In this document: positions 53,897 through 64,000 of the stretch, one piece after another
How the letters are laid out: each line of letters starts with the position of its first letter
How positions within the stretch are numbered: the stretch's first letter is position 1
Assembly: GCA_003693705.1 (NCBI GenBank)
Contig: RBZT01000435.1
Coordinates: 248,001 to 312,000 of the forward strand
Reading direction: 5' to 3'
Length of the DNA stretch: 64,000 bases
From: Polymyxa betae A26-41
Taxonomy: Eukaryota; Protista; Endomyxa: Phytomyxea
Notes under the pieces: model-generated
What the model was told of the DNA's origin: nothing
Seen by the model: only the letters and a program-made list of their open reading frames with translations
The model's database searches: none
Position numbers and translations under genes: made by a program

Positions 53897-54350
53897 GATT
53901 GACGATGCCAGATTGCCAGTTCAAATTTTTTTTCAAAACAAGAAAAATTAAAAACTGCGCCACAGCGCAGAACATAATTTAAGGTCACTTTGAAAGGTCA
54001 CTTTGCAATTAATTAAGGTGTTTTGAAAGTACTGTATCTTCAAGCAAGCGATCAATCCGGTTTACAAAATGTAAGAATGCAGGATGGGCCTGAAAGGTAG
54101 CCAGTTTCGTTTAATCTGGACTTCTGCCCTTAGAGGAAGCTTCTCTAGGGTTGTCATTTGTAATCGTTTCAGTAGTCGTCATATCGCAGTCGCTTTCAGT
54201 TTGCAAAACAAGTACAATTTTCATGTTCTCAGATTCTTGCAAGCACACGCTGCATTATTGTGGATGAAGTTCATCTTGTATTCCACAATTATCGGTAACA
54301 AACATTTAAAAAATCAAAAAAATATCTCTGTACTGAATGAAGCCGAATTC

Positions 54351-54379
54351 GATTGGATGGATTGGATTGGATTGGATTG
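54351..54379 (+). repeat. (GATTG)n microsatellite
   Basis: gattggatggattggattggattggattg. Confidence 0.85.
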
Positions 54380-54823
54380 CACTATTTGTTCGCACCTTTC
54401 GGTGGAGTGGGCGGCACAATAACCCTAGTGCGGGGCCTGAACCGAGGTCCAGGTTCTCCTACTTAATATTTTCGGAGATATTTCAGCCCATAAGCCAAAT
54501 TCGATGATGAGAACAAAAGCCTCTGTAAAAATTCATTATTTCAAATGTACAGTAAAAAATCAATTGCGCCCTATCTCTAGGGATGCGCCTTGAGTCTAAT
54601 CTAAGTTAGCCAACCTTTAGTACATTTGGTCAGCATCCGATATAAAGAGCTGTTTATCGATTCTACAATACCCATCATCAACATTCTGAATAATATATTA
54701 ATCTACATAATTACGCGGTTCGAACGAGCCATCGTACGCTTTCTGAATATTCCTACATATTGCATATTACTTGAAAACATCACAATAACAACAGAAGATT
54801 CCTTCCAAAACTGAAACGGCGCC

Positions 54824-55131
54824 ACGAAGGGAGGAGCTAGATAGTGTACACAGTCTCCGACGAAGGGAGGAGCTGATAGTGTACACAGTCTAGGATAACT
54901 GGATAAGACTCACGGAATCCCGTGAATCTTCTCATTCTTCAAAATGGATATCAACCAATTCCACAAGAATCTGTTCACTTAACCCGCGCGATTCATGTGA
55001 ATGCGGTAATTGCCGCAGTGCTATCGATGACATGCTGGATTAGTGTGCAAAGTCAAACTCTATTAACCCAGCAAGAAGCTAAACTCACATCAGTATACAC
55101 CCGAATACAGTCGCCGTCATAACTACTAACA
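54824..55131 (+). mobile_element. Probable LTR (54874-55131) preceded by a duplicated polypurine tract/LTR start
   Basis: GAAGGGAGGAGC is followed by TGATAGTG and the segment ends CTACTAACA (TG...CA, near-inverted ends). The ~33-bp unit is duplicated at 54824 and 54860. Confidence 0.6.
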
Positions 55132-55589
55132 TTGTATCTACAGGCGAAATTGTTGAACAGCTACGAGATCTTTAGGCGGGGGCGCCTGCGCCATCCAAGC
55201 GGCGCCGGATATTGGTCTCGGAAGATGAGGCGGATGGTCGCTCATCATCCGAACACCCCGAGGCCTCCGCTCAGACAGGTAACTGTTCCACCATTGTTCG
55301 CTAACCCTAACCAGAATCATATGTGTTACAGAAGATCCCTTCGTCGATCTGGAGGCCTCGGAGGGAGAGCCGACAAGTGACGACAGCACCGAGCCCGACA
55401 CCTCCAGTTCGGGCTCGGGTAAGCCTTGTTCTGCCTAGTCAATGTGACTAGCAGATATTTCGAGATTGTTCACTTGTAACCATAATACATACTCACTGTG
55501 TTTTTCTCTTTTTCCTCTTACGTTTACCTCCTCGAGAATAGCCAGTGAATATCGTGTCGGCCGCTGATTGTGCAGACCGATAGCCAGTA

Positions 55590-55850
55590 CAAAACGTTTT
55601 GGGAGTAGGCATGTTCTTCAGAGGATCAACGAGTTTAGGGTCGAACGAAATACCTTTTTGAGATATTACGCGGCCGGTCCATTTCACTTCGCGAAGAAAA
55701 AGGTGACATTCGTCAGGATTGCATTTGACATGAACTTATTCATTCGTGATAGAGTACGATTAAGGGCGATAAGGTGTTCATCCATCTTGGAGTTTCCGAG
55801 AATGTCATCAACCCATAACAGAACGGAATCATAAAGAAGATTATAAACTT
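55590..55850 (-). pseudogene. Degenerate Ty3/Gypsy reverse transcriptase fragment
   Basis: LLYDSVLLWVDDILG..HLIALNRTL..FF [frameshift] EVKWTGRVISQKGISFDP..LKNMPTP. Confidence 0.8.
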
Positions 55851-56131
55851 TTGCTGATCGGACTGAGGCCCGATCAGGAGCAGTAGTGTATTTCATAATA
55901 TAATTTAGTAAAAAAACAGTCACAGAAGATTTTTCCTATGATATCAAGATGTCAACTGAAAACGACAGCCCTAGGTAGAGAGAGCAATGCCACGATGGAA
56001 CGAATGATGGCGCGACCCCTCATGCATTGGAAGACTGATCATGATGATGGCGCGACCCTCATGCAATAGGCTGATAGGCAGCACTGGGCAGATCGCAACC
56101 CACCGCCGGGGTGTCCTTCAACCCAGCTTCC

Positions 56132-56539
56132 ATGTCGTTGAGACGATCTATCCGGCGCATCAATGCCCAGCTGCAAGCGTTGGGAACCGCTGGACGTGTC
56201 GGGGCTGGAATCGTATCGGTCGCCATTGCAGGACGTCTCGCCTATGCTATCGCTGATACCATCACCTATCCGGTAGACAAGTTTTATTCGGCGCTTATTG
56301 GGTGCTGAAAGCTGCTCAAAGTTTTAGCTCGTTTTAGTTTAACCTCTGTCGATATTCTGAGTGTCTTTTAGTTGCAAAAATGGCCTGAAGTTCGCACACC
56401 AATGATTTTCTGCTTGGGATTCGGGACCGGCATAGCAGCATACGCCCTACATGCATCACCTCAATCGGCGCTCTCGCTGGGTCGCCAACCAGCCAAAATT
56501 TACTCGCAGAGCTTCCGCTCTATTAGAAATAACAAGTAA
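56132..56539 (+). CDS. Possible small 2-TM protein, 2 exons
   Basis: MSLRRSIRR..AIAGRLAYAIADTITYP joined to LQKWPEVRTPMIFCLGFGTGIAAYALH. Splice junction is uncertain. Confidence 0.45.
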
Positions 56540-57075
56540 GAAGATGAATCGTTTTCTCTACATTAACGATACCGATTTTTTGCAGTTTATTTTGCTTGTT
56601 TTGATAGAGATCTGATTCCGTTTCTTAGAGATATTCAAGTCGAATTAGGCGCCCCGATAAAGTTTGGTGGATTCCGTCAGCTGCATTACATCCCTGGATC
56701 GATTAATTTCAGTGCCTTAACTGAGAAATATATCAGCCCAGCAGAGCGACTCGCCGCTTTCTGGAGACCTCGCGAAACGCATTTGCTGTATCTGATTCGA
56801 GGCCCGCATGGAACGGCGATCGTCAACCTCAACGACCGATATGGTAAGCAAAGCTGCCAGGTGATCCCAACCAAAGGCGACATCAAAGCCATTATCGTAA
56901 CCGGCGCTGATTAAATCAACCATAGTTCCTGCTGAGCCTGAGGTTGGCGTTAGATAATACGGAAGCGATCGTCATTGTTTTACATGAACCGCCTAATTGT
57001 TTCATTGTCAAATGCGGCTTCGATCTTTGTAGATTGATATTGGCTACATTTCATAGCATTATAGGAAGCGAATAT

Positions 57076-58503
57076 TTATTCTTGATGCGCTTTTCCGACG
57101 AAATCGAACGATACTGGACCTTGCAGCATCCAGAACAGCAGACCTGAAACTATGCTGAAAGCGAATCTGGCGATCAGCGCCGCCAGTAAGCCGTGCGACA
57201 GAACGATGTTCCAGAACAGCGACGAAATTATCATCTGGCAAGGTTCCAGGAAGAAATCGGCGAACCGCCACGGCTTCAACGTCAACGTCGTCGGCAGACG
57301 AATCGTGGATAGCACGAGCGCTGTCAGAAGATCGGGACGACCGCTAAACGTACTGGCGTCTAACGACGTTGACGACAATTTCGACAGAATAGAGCTTATT
57401 ACAAATCTAAGCAGGCTGCCGAGGCTCCATAACAAGCTGATGTTGGATAATTGTCCATAGACAGTAAGGCAAGCGAGACCGGCAACGATCAGAATAGCGC
57501 GAAGAGAACAACGCTCTGAGACAACGCCAACAACAGCCGCGATCATGACAAAGCTGCCGACGTATTTTGTCATGGCCAGATCCAGAAGAGACAGAAGGAA
57601 TGCTAAAGCGAATTTAGTAGCAGATCGGTAAAAGCAAACAAGATTGCAATAAGGTGAACAAGTGCAAAAAAAACAACAGAAAAAAACAACAGAAAAAGCA
57701 TAATAGAAGACAGAAGAAGGATTACCAAGACAATTAACGCCCATCCAACGATGCAGAATTTCATCGAGCATGTCGGCGATGATCGACCTCCATAGAACGG
57801 TCAATGGCCCTGAACGTAAGATCGCTGCCGAATACGGATCGTTAACCAGCAGGCTGGGCGATCGTGGCAGTTGAAACAACAGCCGCAACATCGTTAGAGC
57901 GACGCACAATCCGACGGCGATCGCAACAACTTCCACGATGACCTTCATGGACATGGCCGTCGATAGCAACACCGGGAACAGCTTGGTCGGGAAGCCCAGC
58001 GTCCAGAACAGGAACGCCGACAGCAACAGATTCCGAACGAAACTCTTCACGTACTGCGCTGGCGTCGTGAACGTCGTCGCCGCCGACTTGGTCGCCGATT
58101 CGTCGTAGTACGCCCGCAGGCAGCGCGATTCGTCGACGAGCTTGGCGAGCCGGGGCCGGGGCCGCACCCACCGCCCGAACAGGTTCGCGTGACGAAGCGT
58201 CTCATAACAGACATCGAGCAGCGACAGATCATGGGCCGCCTTCAGCAGGCGCCGTTCCGGGTCCAGCTGCGACGTCCTCGTCCAGAGCGTGTCGAACTCG
58301 GCCGAGTCGCGGGCCGGTACGCCCTCCATCTGATGGTACAGCGCCAGGCAGTAGCGTTCGGCGTCGGCGTGGTCGGTGGGCGCGTACGCCAGCAAGGTCG
58401 CGACCGGAACCGGCGGGCCGGCGTCGTTCGCCAGCCAGGCGTCGGGCGTGGCAGCGGCGGCCGCCTCCGCCGCCGTACTGGCCTGCGGTTGTTGCGACGT
58501 CAT
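57076..58503 (-). CDS. Multi-pass membrane protein, possibly degenerate CPBP/CAAX-protease-like. Probable in-frame intron 57603-57725
   Basis: Many TM segments. IIADMLDEILHRW resembles EExxxR. The T-rich 123-nt segment is bounded by GT...AG. Confidence 0.7.
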   Translation of the reverse strand: MTSQQPQASTAAEAAAAATPDAWLANDAGPPVPVATLLAYAPTDHADAERYCLALYHQMEGVPARDSAEFDTLWTRTSQLDPERRLLKAAHDLSLLDVCYETLRHANLFGRWVRPRPRLAKLVDESRCLRAYYDESATKSAATTFTTPAQYVKSFVRNLLLSAFLFWTLGFPTKLFPVLLSTAMSMKVIVEVVAIAVGLCVALTMLRLLFQLPRSPSLLVNDPYSAAILRSGPLTVLWRSIIADMLDEILHRWMGVNCLGNPSSVFYYAFSVVFFCCFFCTCSPYCNLVCFYRSATKFALAFLLSLLDLAMTKYVGSFVMIAAVVGVVSERCSLRAILIVAGLACLTVYGQLSNISLLWSLGSLLRFVISSILSKLSSTSLDASTFSGRPDLLTALVLSTIRLPTTLTLKPWRFADFFLEPCQMIISSLFWNIVLSHGLLAALIARFAFSIVSGLLFWMLQGPVSFDFVGKAHQE

Positions 58504-58579
58504 TCACGGCGAAAGTATTGCGTGCTGTGTGCTGTTTGTTTGGTAAGTCGGTGATTTGGGTGGTCGTGGCAGGTCGGCG

Positions 58580-59146
58580 ATGAAGAAGATCGAGGAGGAG
58601 CAGGTACGACGGCGAATGTTCGCCGAGGCCCGATTGAAATGCGACGCGACCATCAAGGTGTTTGCTGAATGTGCTAAAGGTGCGTTTTGGTTTTATCGAG
58701 AGACGGATTGTGGGTTCCGGCATGGTTTGAAACAGTTTAAGACCTGCAGAGTTTTCCAACAATTTCTGAACGATTGTTGGATCTCACAAAACAATCAAAT
58801 CGCTCTTTATATAGCTGGCCGTTATCATCAGCCCCATCGCTGCCCATTAATTGGAATTGCTTTAAAGACGATCTGATTTCTGTTCGTTGTTTTTAGTGCC
58901 AACTGTCAGAATCTATCAACGAACAGGCCATTGATATGTATAACAGGCAGGTCTGTGAGTGTGCTCTGGGCGTGTCGCGAACTCAACAAAAAGATGAACG
59001 CCTGTCTGCATCAGTAAGCCGCTGTTTTCGCACGTCCCGGTTCGTCTCAGATCGGCGCTCTCAGGTTCACCAACAGTGAATACTTCGAGCAATACAAACA
59101 GGATCGTCTGGCCACCAACAACGACTCAGCCATTCCATCTTCATAG
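58580..59146 (+). CDS. CMC1: Twin CX9C COX assembly protein, Cmc1 family, 3 exons
   Basis: ARLKCDATIKVFAECAK|GRSVSVLWACRELNKKMNACLHQ|FTN. Confidence 0.88.
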
Positions 59147-59275
59147 CATCGTAGATTTCGTCATAAACGTGCTTATTCACAAAGCCATTTTACGAGATCC
59201 CAGAACCAAAGATTTTTAGCCGATTTTTTTGTAACTTTGTGACGGGCTGTCTGAACGCGATGACAGATCGAAGTT

Positions 59276-60269
59276 ATGCTGCTTCGGGTTCATACGAACG
59301 ACGGTCGCACCGAGGACATCCACCTCGACGATGACGCGAAGATCACCGACCTGCGCCGCGCCATCGCCGATGCATTCGTCGTCGTCAGCGGCGCCGAACG
59401 CGCCCGCATCCGTATCCACGAACCCTTCCACGAACGCCTTCGTCGCCGCCTCAAACACAAGCCGCAACCCAGCCAGTCCGACGTCATCGTCTTGGACGAC
59501 GCGCGGGCCAGTACGGCGCTGGCCGCACTCGGCGTCCGCCATCAGTCGACGATCGTGGTGGAGAACTGCGACGAGATCTCATCTCGAGCGTTTTACAGCG
59601 TGATCAGGCGTCTGCGATCGCTGAAGGAGAGCGATGGCGGTGGTCGTCGTGGGAAGGCGGCCCTCGATCTGGTGCGGACGCTGATGCGAGATCGGATCCT
59701 GAACCCCGACAGGATCTCGGTCCCGGTCGACGCCGTCAAACCCGTCCTCGAAGGCGCCGATTGTTATGCGATTCTATCGCCGCTCGGCGTCGTCCTGAAG
59801 GGTGACCGATTCTTCCTTGATAACGTACGGTCCTATTATTCTGCTCGTTCGTCTCCTTTATTGATGTCGTTAGGTGACGTCTTGTATAGCCCGACAGGTT
59901 CTGTACTGTCTGTATGGGCGGCAGGAATGGGGTCGCATCGAGTCTGAGCAGCAGAAAGCTATACAAATAGCTGTCTCGGCGCCGCCTCCCAAACTGACCC
60001 CGACACCCACCACGAAACCGAAACCCGTCACCGATACCATGCCCGATTATTCGCAGCGTGCGTTCTACATGTTCGTGGCGGTGATCGTCGCCGGCATCGT
60101 ACTGGCCCAATGCGCCCGGCGGTATTCGGAAAGGTCGAATTCCGGATTCGCTCCGGATGGGGTTGCGATAAGAGATTCGCCAAGGCCGGTGGACCAGGAG
60201 AGTACCGATCAGGCAGCGGTATCGCCAGCAATCAAGATACCCGTTGATAGTCTACATAATGAGACTTGA
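59276..60269 (+). CDS. Ubiquitin-like domain + PUB-like region + C-terminal TM protein (intron 59825-59873)
   Basis: MLLRVHTNDGRTEDIHLDDDAKITDLRRAIA...LAALGVRHQSTIVVE fits a beta-grasp pattern. ALDLVRTLM..ILNP..ILSPLGV is PUB-like. TM is AFYMFVAVIVAGIVLA. Confidence 0.7.
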
Positions 60270-60896
60270 TAAACAGAATTTTGTCTCGAGGCAGAACTTC
60301 AGCTCGAGTCTGTTTTAATTAACGCCACTGTACCGAAGATTCTAGAGTTTTGAGTTGAAGCCTTTGACTGGCTGCTGATGGTTTGTTGAATGTAGGACTA
60401 AATCGCTTTTTGAGTGTTTGAGGGGTACCTGCCACGTGCAGGCACCCTCTCAAACGACGCGGTGACGAGACAACCTCATCAATTTCAGCCTTTCAGGTGA
60501 ATGAGCAACAGGCTGCGCCTTCTCAAAAAACTTTGAGTTTGAGTTTAAGCTGACTGCATTCAGAACGAAACTAAAACTCAAAAAGGCTTCGAAACTTCTC
60601 TAATGGAGTACTGCAGATATTTGATCCGATTCACAAAAGCTCTTTGTTTCTGAATTATGCCTCACTAAACATCAACACCAGCAATTAGCCGGAGAGCATG
60701 TCCGAGAATCGAACACGATTAGAAAACAAACGTATGTGCAAATAAACACGCCGGCCTGGAGCAAACAATCAAGCACCGATATGCGATGACTCTTTGTCTA
60801 TTGATGTTCGCAATCCCATAGAACGGGGCAGAATTACAGATCGAAAACTTAGCAACAGAACAGTAGAGATTAACCAGTTAATACAAAGGATGACAA

Positions 60897-62399
60897 TCAT
60901 GGCGTATTCGAAGGTCGAGGACAGTCGCAACGGGGCGAACAAAACCAATGTTCTTGTTTGCAGTATGGGCCAGGCCATTCCGATAGGCAGAAGTAGCTGT
61001 GCACAAGTTACAAACAGAAACAGACAGACAGCCGGAAAAAATTAATACTAAGGTAAAAGGTTAAAAACAACAAATAAAAAACAAGCAATATGATAGAATT
61101 CGTACCACCAGTGACGGCCACAACGTGTCCCGTCTGGATTTCTTCCAATGCATCCGTCTGTCCCATACCCAATATGATGACAGCCCTCCTAAACCAAAAG
61201 ATAAGCGCCGGTCAAGAAATTAATGGTTGAACATACATCGTAGAAGTGAGTAACCGGCGATCGACAGAATGGACAGGGTTTACTTCCAGGCGAAGGCCTC
61301 GTGTTTGACGACGCATTACAGGTGCATTCGGCGGCGGCTTGCAAGCAAGCTCGGCAGAATTGTCGCCGACATTCAGAGGCAGGACAGCGTAATAATCTGG
61401 AAGGCGGTAGTGGACCAACGATACCACATCCGCATCTGGGAAAAAGCGTCGAACAATGACTATTGGGAGCTCAGTTGGTACAGACCTTGGTAGAGGACAG
61501 AATATGCCACCGGACGTCAATGTAAGCGACAGTTCCGTGGCAAACAGCTTAAAACGCTGATACGATTCGACACCGGTAAGACGAAGAGTCTCGATGTGCA
61601 ACAAGGTCGAGCCGGTGCATCGCATTGGACCTTAAAACAATCACAACTGTGACGAAATATAGGTTTTGTCTCAAGAAGAGTAAGCAGAATAAAAAAGGAC
61701 ATCCAATTATAGAACGTACATTGGAGCGAGAATGAATCCGAATCTGAACTGCAGCGAGCCAGATCGCGATTATTTAAAGCAGACGAGACGAATGCGGTGA
61801 AACAGTCAAGGTCGATGCAATGACGACATGTAGCAAACTGAACAGCGACAGCCCGTGAAGGAATCAGGCTCAGACAGCAGCAGCAGCATGTCGTTGTGCT
61901 TTCCTGCTAAACCTTGAACATCTTTGGTTTGGACAACCAACAAAATGAAATGAGCGACAATCAGAATTGTTAAAAGGACCTCGAAAGAGCATAAAACCAG
62001 TTCCCTGTAAAGTGCTCATAAATATCCATACCACAAAAATGCAATCGATCTGAAGAGCGTCCTGGCCTCGACATCTTTGGCTTTCTGCACAAACGTAGTA
62101 GGAATCCTAGAAAGATATTTCAGACGACAGCCCAAAGAATCGAAAAGAGCATTCAGCCGGAACGAATATGAATCAATCAATTTATTACAAAACAGAAATC
62201 GGTTTACGATCTGGTCAAATCGCCGGTCGCAAGCAAAACAGGACCGGGAGTCGCTATCTACGGCATCGCTGCGGCAAAGCGGGCAGCGAACGCGAGCCTT
62301 GCCGCGACGAACGCCCAGCTGAGCGGCTGAAGGCTGAGCGCTACACGCAGCGTCATTGGCCGAGATATGGCACGAAGGGCACCGAACGGCCAATGACAT
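60897..62399 (-). CDS. PRKN: Parkin-like RBR E3 ubiquitin ligase (RING0-RING1-IBR-RING2), 7 exons, 326 aa
   Basis: Exons 62399-62208, 62106-62032, 61906-61720, 61630-61486, 61435-61237, 61188-61106 and 60996-60897 splice in phase at GT-AG. Motifs GKARVRC, RHCIDLDCF, FSLQCPMRC, LRLTGVESYQRF, GGIFCPLPRCG, KPCPFC..GCHH, WCYFCLSEW..C..EHWF. Confidence 0.88.
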
Positions 62400-62684
62400 C
62401 AATGAGAGCCTTGATAAAGGGCGCAACCACGCATCAATCTGAATGAGAGTAACATGAAGATGCCATCCTCTTAGTAGTTGCAATTAGCTAGATGCAACGA
62501 GCTGGTAGAAGGTCAAAGCATAGCATATTGAGTCGGCAACCAGACGATGGTCAGCGTTAGGGTCCCATTCATGCTTTTTCGATAAAATGGTCGTAATCGC
62601 AAACAGGAATAGTAAGCATAGAGTGGTAATTATAGAATTATCGATATATTAGAACTATTAATCAGAGCATGGAGCGAATCAGAG

Positions 62685-63299
62685 CTATACGAACTCAGTA
62701 GCAGTCTTATAAGAAGGTGGCGAATTCGATTTTTGATCTTTCGAGTACAATTTCTGCGAGTCGGGCATGTTAATCTTGACGATGTCGATTTTCTTGATTT
62801 TCTTCTCGTTCCCAGCCTCGATTGACCTTTGACTGCTTCGATCTCCCAGACTGGCCTTCTTTCCAGGTCCTTCGATCGTCTGCGTCTCGTAATGGTCGCA
62901 GACGGTGAGAATCGCCTGGATAGCAGTCCGCAAGATGAACGCCATGCCAGAAACGAAGACCCCAATTAGAGCAGCGCCATAATGTAGCATACCTCTGCCC
63001 TCATATGCAAGCAGCATTCCAATCAAGCCAACAATGAATACAGGAACGAGAGCAATGGTTAGACAGAAAGCTTGAAAGGCGCTGCTAGATAACGGTTGCG
63101 GTTTAGCATCTCTGGAAGTCCAGCTCTGGAAGCAAAACAGCACGAAAGCGATCGTCCAGACGCCAATAAGCTCAGGTTGGGCGTCAAAGCGGCACAAAGC
63201 GCCCGCTGTTGGACAAGAAACAGACTGCACTCCGATTATTGGCGGCAAAACAGCAACTGCTAAGCCAAGCAGGAACAAAACTAGTTTGGCGAAATGCAT
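62685..63299 (-). CDS. Uncharacterised ~4-TM membrane protein with C-terminal PPSY motif
   Basis: Intronless 204-aa ORF with hydrophobic helices and tail SPPSYKTA. Confidence 0.7.
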   Translation of the reverse strand: MHFAKLVLFLLGLAVAVLPPIIGVQSVSCPTAGALCRFDAQPELIGVWTIAFVLFCFQSWTSRDAKPQPLSSSAFQAFCLTIALVPVFIVGLIGMLLAYEGRGMLHYGAALIGVFVSGMAFILRTAIQAILTVCDHYETQTIEGPGKKASLGDRSSQRSIEAGNEKKIKKIDIVKINMPDSQKLYSKDQKSNSPPSYKTATEFV

Positions 63300-63605
63300 T
63301 TCGACACGATTTGGGTATTCTGCAACGGCGGCGCTGCCAAGGACGGGCCGATGATCAGACTATGAGACGAGCAGCGATTAATGGCAAGATGCGGCAACAT
63401 CTGTTCACGACGCCTTCGAACAATCGCGAACAGAAATGACCCAACAAGCTTCTCAAAAATGTTTTCTTCAGTCGATCGCCGCAGATTCCTATCTTTTCAG
63501 AAAGACAAAAACGGGTAAAATACGGAGAAAGCTTGAAAACTGAAAATGTTTGAAAGTCGAATCGTATTAATCAAATACATTTACTGAGAATAAATAAAGC
63601 GTTGC

Positions 63606-64000
63606 TTATTCTGACCTGCCTTCTTCGCCCTGCTCTTCATTGGCCATTTCCAATTTCATTTCAGAGGCGTTCGACTCACGATTCGCACGCTGAGCCATCG
63701 CACTGCAAATCGCTTCGTAAACAGGTAACAATGAAGTCGATGGTTCAGCCGAGAGGAATCGACATTCGCTAACATCATCTTCGTCGTCAACATCAAAATG
63801 AATAAGCAGCCACGGTCCCGGCAAGGTGTTGTCGCCATTAACCGATAAAGCGTGTAACTGAACTAAAGAAAAACTTTCGTCAAATACTTGCTTTTTAAAA
63901 ATCAAAAATGAGGCCGTGAATGGTCAAAGAAGCCAAACTTATGGTAATACAGGAAGCAACTATGGCCATGACGGAAAAAGCATGACGATCCTTACTGTAT
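63606..64000 (-). CDS. 3' part of a gene running off the window
   Basis: Terminal exon ORF 63606-63890, with intron-like sequence and a further exon upstream. Confidence 0.55.

Noticed and set aside
53980-54004. AAGGTCACTTTG direct repeat
   Set aside because: Two copies only, with no supporting context. Not CRISPR-like.
55301-55312. CTAACCCTAACC telomere-like repeat
   Set aside because: Only two units, expected by chance.
56306-56308. TGA as possible Sec or readthrough codon
   Set aside because: An ordinary intron removes it and no SECIS was seen.

Overview
This is a gene-dense eukaryotic window of about 35 protein genes. Most introns are GT-AG and 40-60 nt, and intergenic gaps are often under 300 bp. 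The actin, the flagellar gene CEP41 and the intron style suggest a protist, plausibly a plasmodiophorid/rhizarian (inference only). Because genes are split by introns, most ORF-track entries are exon fragments or shadows, so the gene models below were stitched by hand and their ends are approximate. Recognisable genes: FTase beta, DHHC palmitoyltransferase, MoaC and MoaA, Gemin8, U2B''/SNF, RFWD3, eIF2D, NHP6-like HMG, Sel1-repeat protein, G-gamma, a CAP-C protein, VPS8, a RanBP2-ZnF/PUB protein, a U1-type ZnF protein, RasGEF, a secreted lectin, MRPL20, actin, eIF2-alpha, WDR12, CysRS, a ZIP transporter, CEP41, an AstE/AspA hydrolase, GPATCH11 and CMC1, plus a decayed Ty3/Gypsy element. The highlight is hidden from the ORF track: a 7-exon Parkin-like RBR ligase (60897-62399) with no Ubl and no REP, facing a gene for a membrane-anchored Ubl protein with a Ser65-like site. 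Two other items stand out: a structured intron in the U2B''/SNF gene carrying three motifs resembling its own RNA target, and long introns that fold into hairpins.
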